From: Chiloscyllium plagiosum
Lineage: Eukaryota
Assembly: GCF_004010195.1 (NCBI RefSeq)
Contig: NC_057723.1
Span: forward strand, 40,537,562 to 40,601,561
Direction: 5' to 3'
Length of the DNA: 64,000 nucleotides
The notes beneath the pieces are model-generated. The model saw nothing but the letters and a program-made list of their open reading frames with translations, was not told the DNA's origin and did not search any database. A program made the position numbers and the translations under genes. Position 1 is the stretch's first letter. Every line of letters begins with the position of its first letter. Shown in pieces: positions 62,760 through 64,000 of this stretch.

Positions 62760-64000
62760 TGCACCAGTAAAAGAAAAGCTATGAACCCCATCTGATATGC
62801 TGAAAACTTTTGTTCCAGAACCAGTCATATCCAAGCCAAACTGTTCTAGTAGAGTTACAACATTGGCATTTACATATGAACAAGGGACAAAAGCAGGCCA
62901 CTTGACTCTGTAAACCTCTCTCGCCATTCAATGAGAACATGCCTCACCTTGTTTTAATTTCAACTCAACTGCATATCTCCAATCTTCCATTCTACTGGTA
63001 ATCAAGAATCTACTCAGCAAAGTGGAAAGTTGACCAGATAATTTCTCACAAAAAAGACACAAATCTAATGCGGCCAATTACTGCCCCATCACCCTACTTT
63101 CAATCATTGGCAATCTAATAGAACGTGATATTCATAAGATTAGATTAGATTACTTACAGTGTGGAAACAGGCCCTTCAGCCCAACAAGTCCACACCGCCC
63201 CACCGAATCGCAACCCACCCATACCCCTACATCTACCCCTTACCTAACACTACGGGCAATTTAGCATGGCCAATTCACCTGACCTGCACATCTTTGGACT
63301 GTGGGAGGAAACCGGAGCACCCGGAGGAAACCCTCGCAGACACGGGGAGATGTCATAAATTAATTAGACACTAATAATCTGTTCACAGATACTCAGTACA
63401 GATTATGCTGGGATTTATTGATTCCTGCCAAGATCCGAATTCCAGCAGCAAAGTGAGAATGGGTGTCATTAACATGGGAGTTCTTGGCAAGTAACATTCA
63501 CTTTACAAATGTTAGGCAGTGATCATCCCTAACAAGAGAGAATCTAACCATTGGTCATTGCCAATCAATGGAATCGCCCTCACTGAATTCCCCACCATCC
63601 CCCAACTTCCTGGAGGATGTGGCATTGACCAGAAGCTGAAGTGGACAAAGCATATAAACACTGTGGTGAAAGGATCAGGTCAGAGACTATGAATCCTGCA
63701 ACAAGTAACTCAGCTCTTGACTCTCCAAAGCCTGTCCACTGTCTACAAGGCTTAAATAAAGATTGTGATGGAATATTCGCCATTTGTCTGGATTAGTGCT
63801 GCTCAAACTGCACCCCAGAAGCTTGTTCCTATCCAGGACAATGCAACCCACTTCATTGGAGACACATCAAAAAATATTCATTTCTTCCTCTGTCAATGTA
63901 CAGTGACAGCAGTGTTTACTATCTACAAGATGCACAGAACAACTTCACCAAGGCTCCTTAGACAACTCCATTCAAACCCACAGCTACAACCATCTGGAAA
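62760..64000 (+). mobile_element. Old LINE ORF2 relic (continues from about 60900-61092), interrupted by younger inserts
   Basis: Near 63070 it reads ANYCPITLLSIIGNLIE (NYRPISLLS motif). Its 3' portion matches the 37700-38390 family. Confidence 0.7.
63138..63350 (-). mobile_element. HE1 V-SINE, 5'-truncated
   Basis: (TTAGA)n tail and V-domain. TCATAA at 63132-63137 and 63353-63358 is a possible TSD. Confidence 0.9.

Overview
This is vertebrate nuclear DNA, almost certainly from a shark or ray. That is an inference from HE1-type V-SINEs with (TCTAA)n tails and their CR1/HER1-like partner LINEs. The window is intergenic or intronic and dominated by repeats: CR1 and L2 LINE fragments, HE1 SINEs, Penelope-like elements (PLEs; RT and GIY-YIG fragments), solo-LTR-like relics, PIF/Harbinger relics, a perfect 19 x 33-bp minisatellite and a 703-N gap. 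I could not confidently identify any host protein-coding exon, and nearly all listed ORFs are TE-derived, antisense or chance. The most striking structure is a set of short fold-back PLE insertions from at least three sequence families. Each is centred on a minimal hammerhead-ribozyme motif, and most are flanked by 7-16 bp target-site duplications (TSDs). PLE hammerheads and inverted pLTRs are known phenomena, so this is not demonstrably a new system. A CpG-enriched, TE-free promoter-like region (about 58.5-60.6 kb) and several well-formed minus-strand splice-site pairs hint at an unannotated transcript that is probably non-coding or has a long 5' UTR. All repeat boundaries were read by eye and are approximate unless a TSD is quoted.
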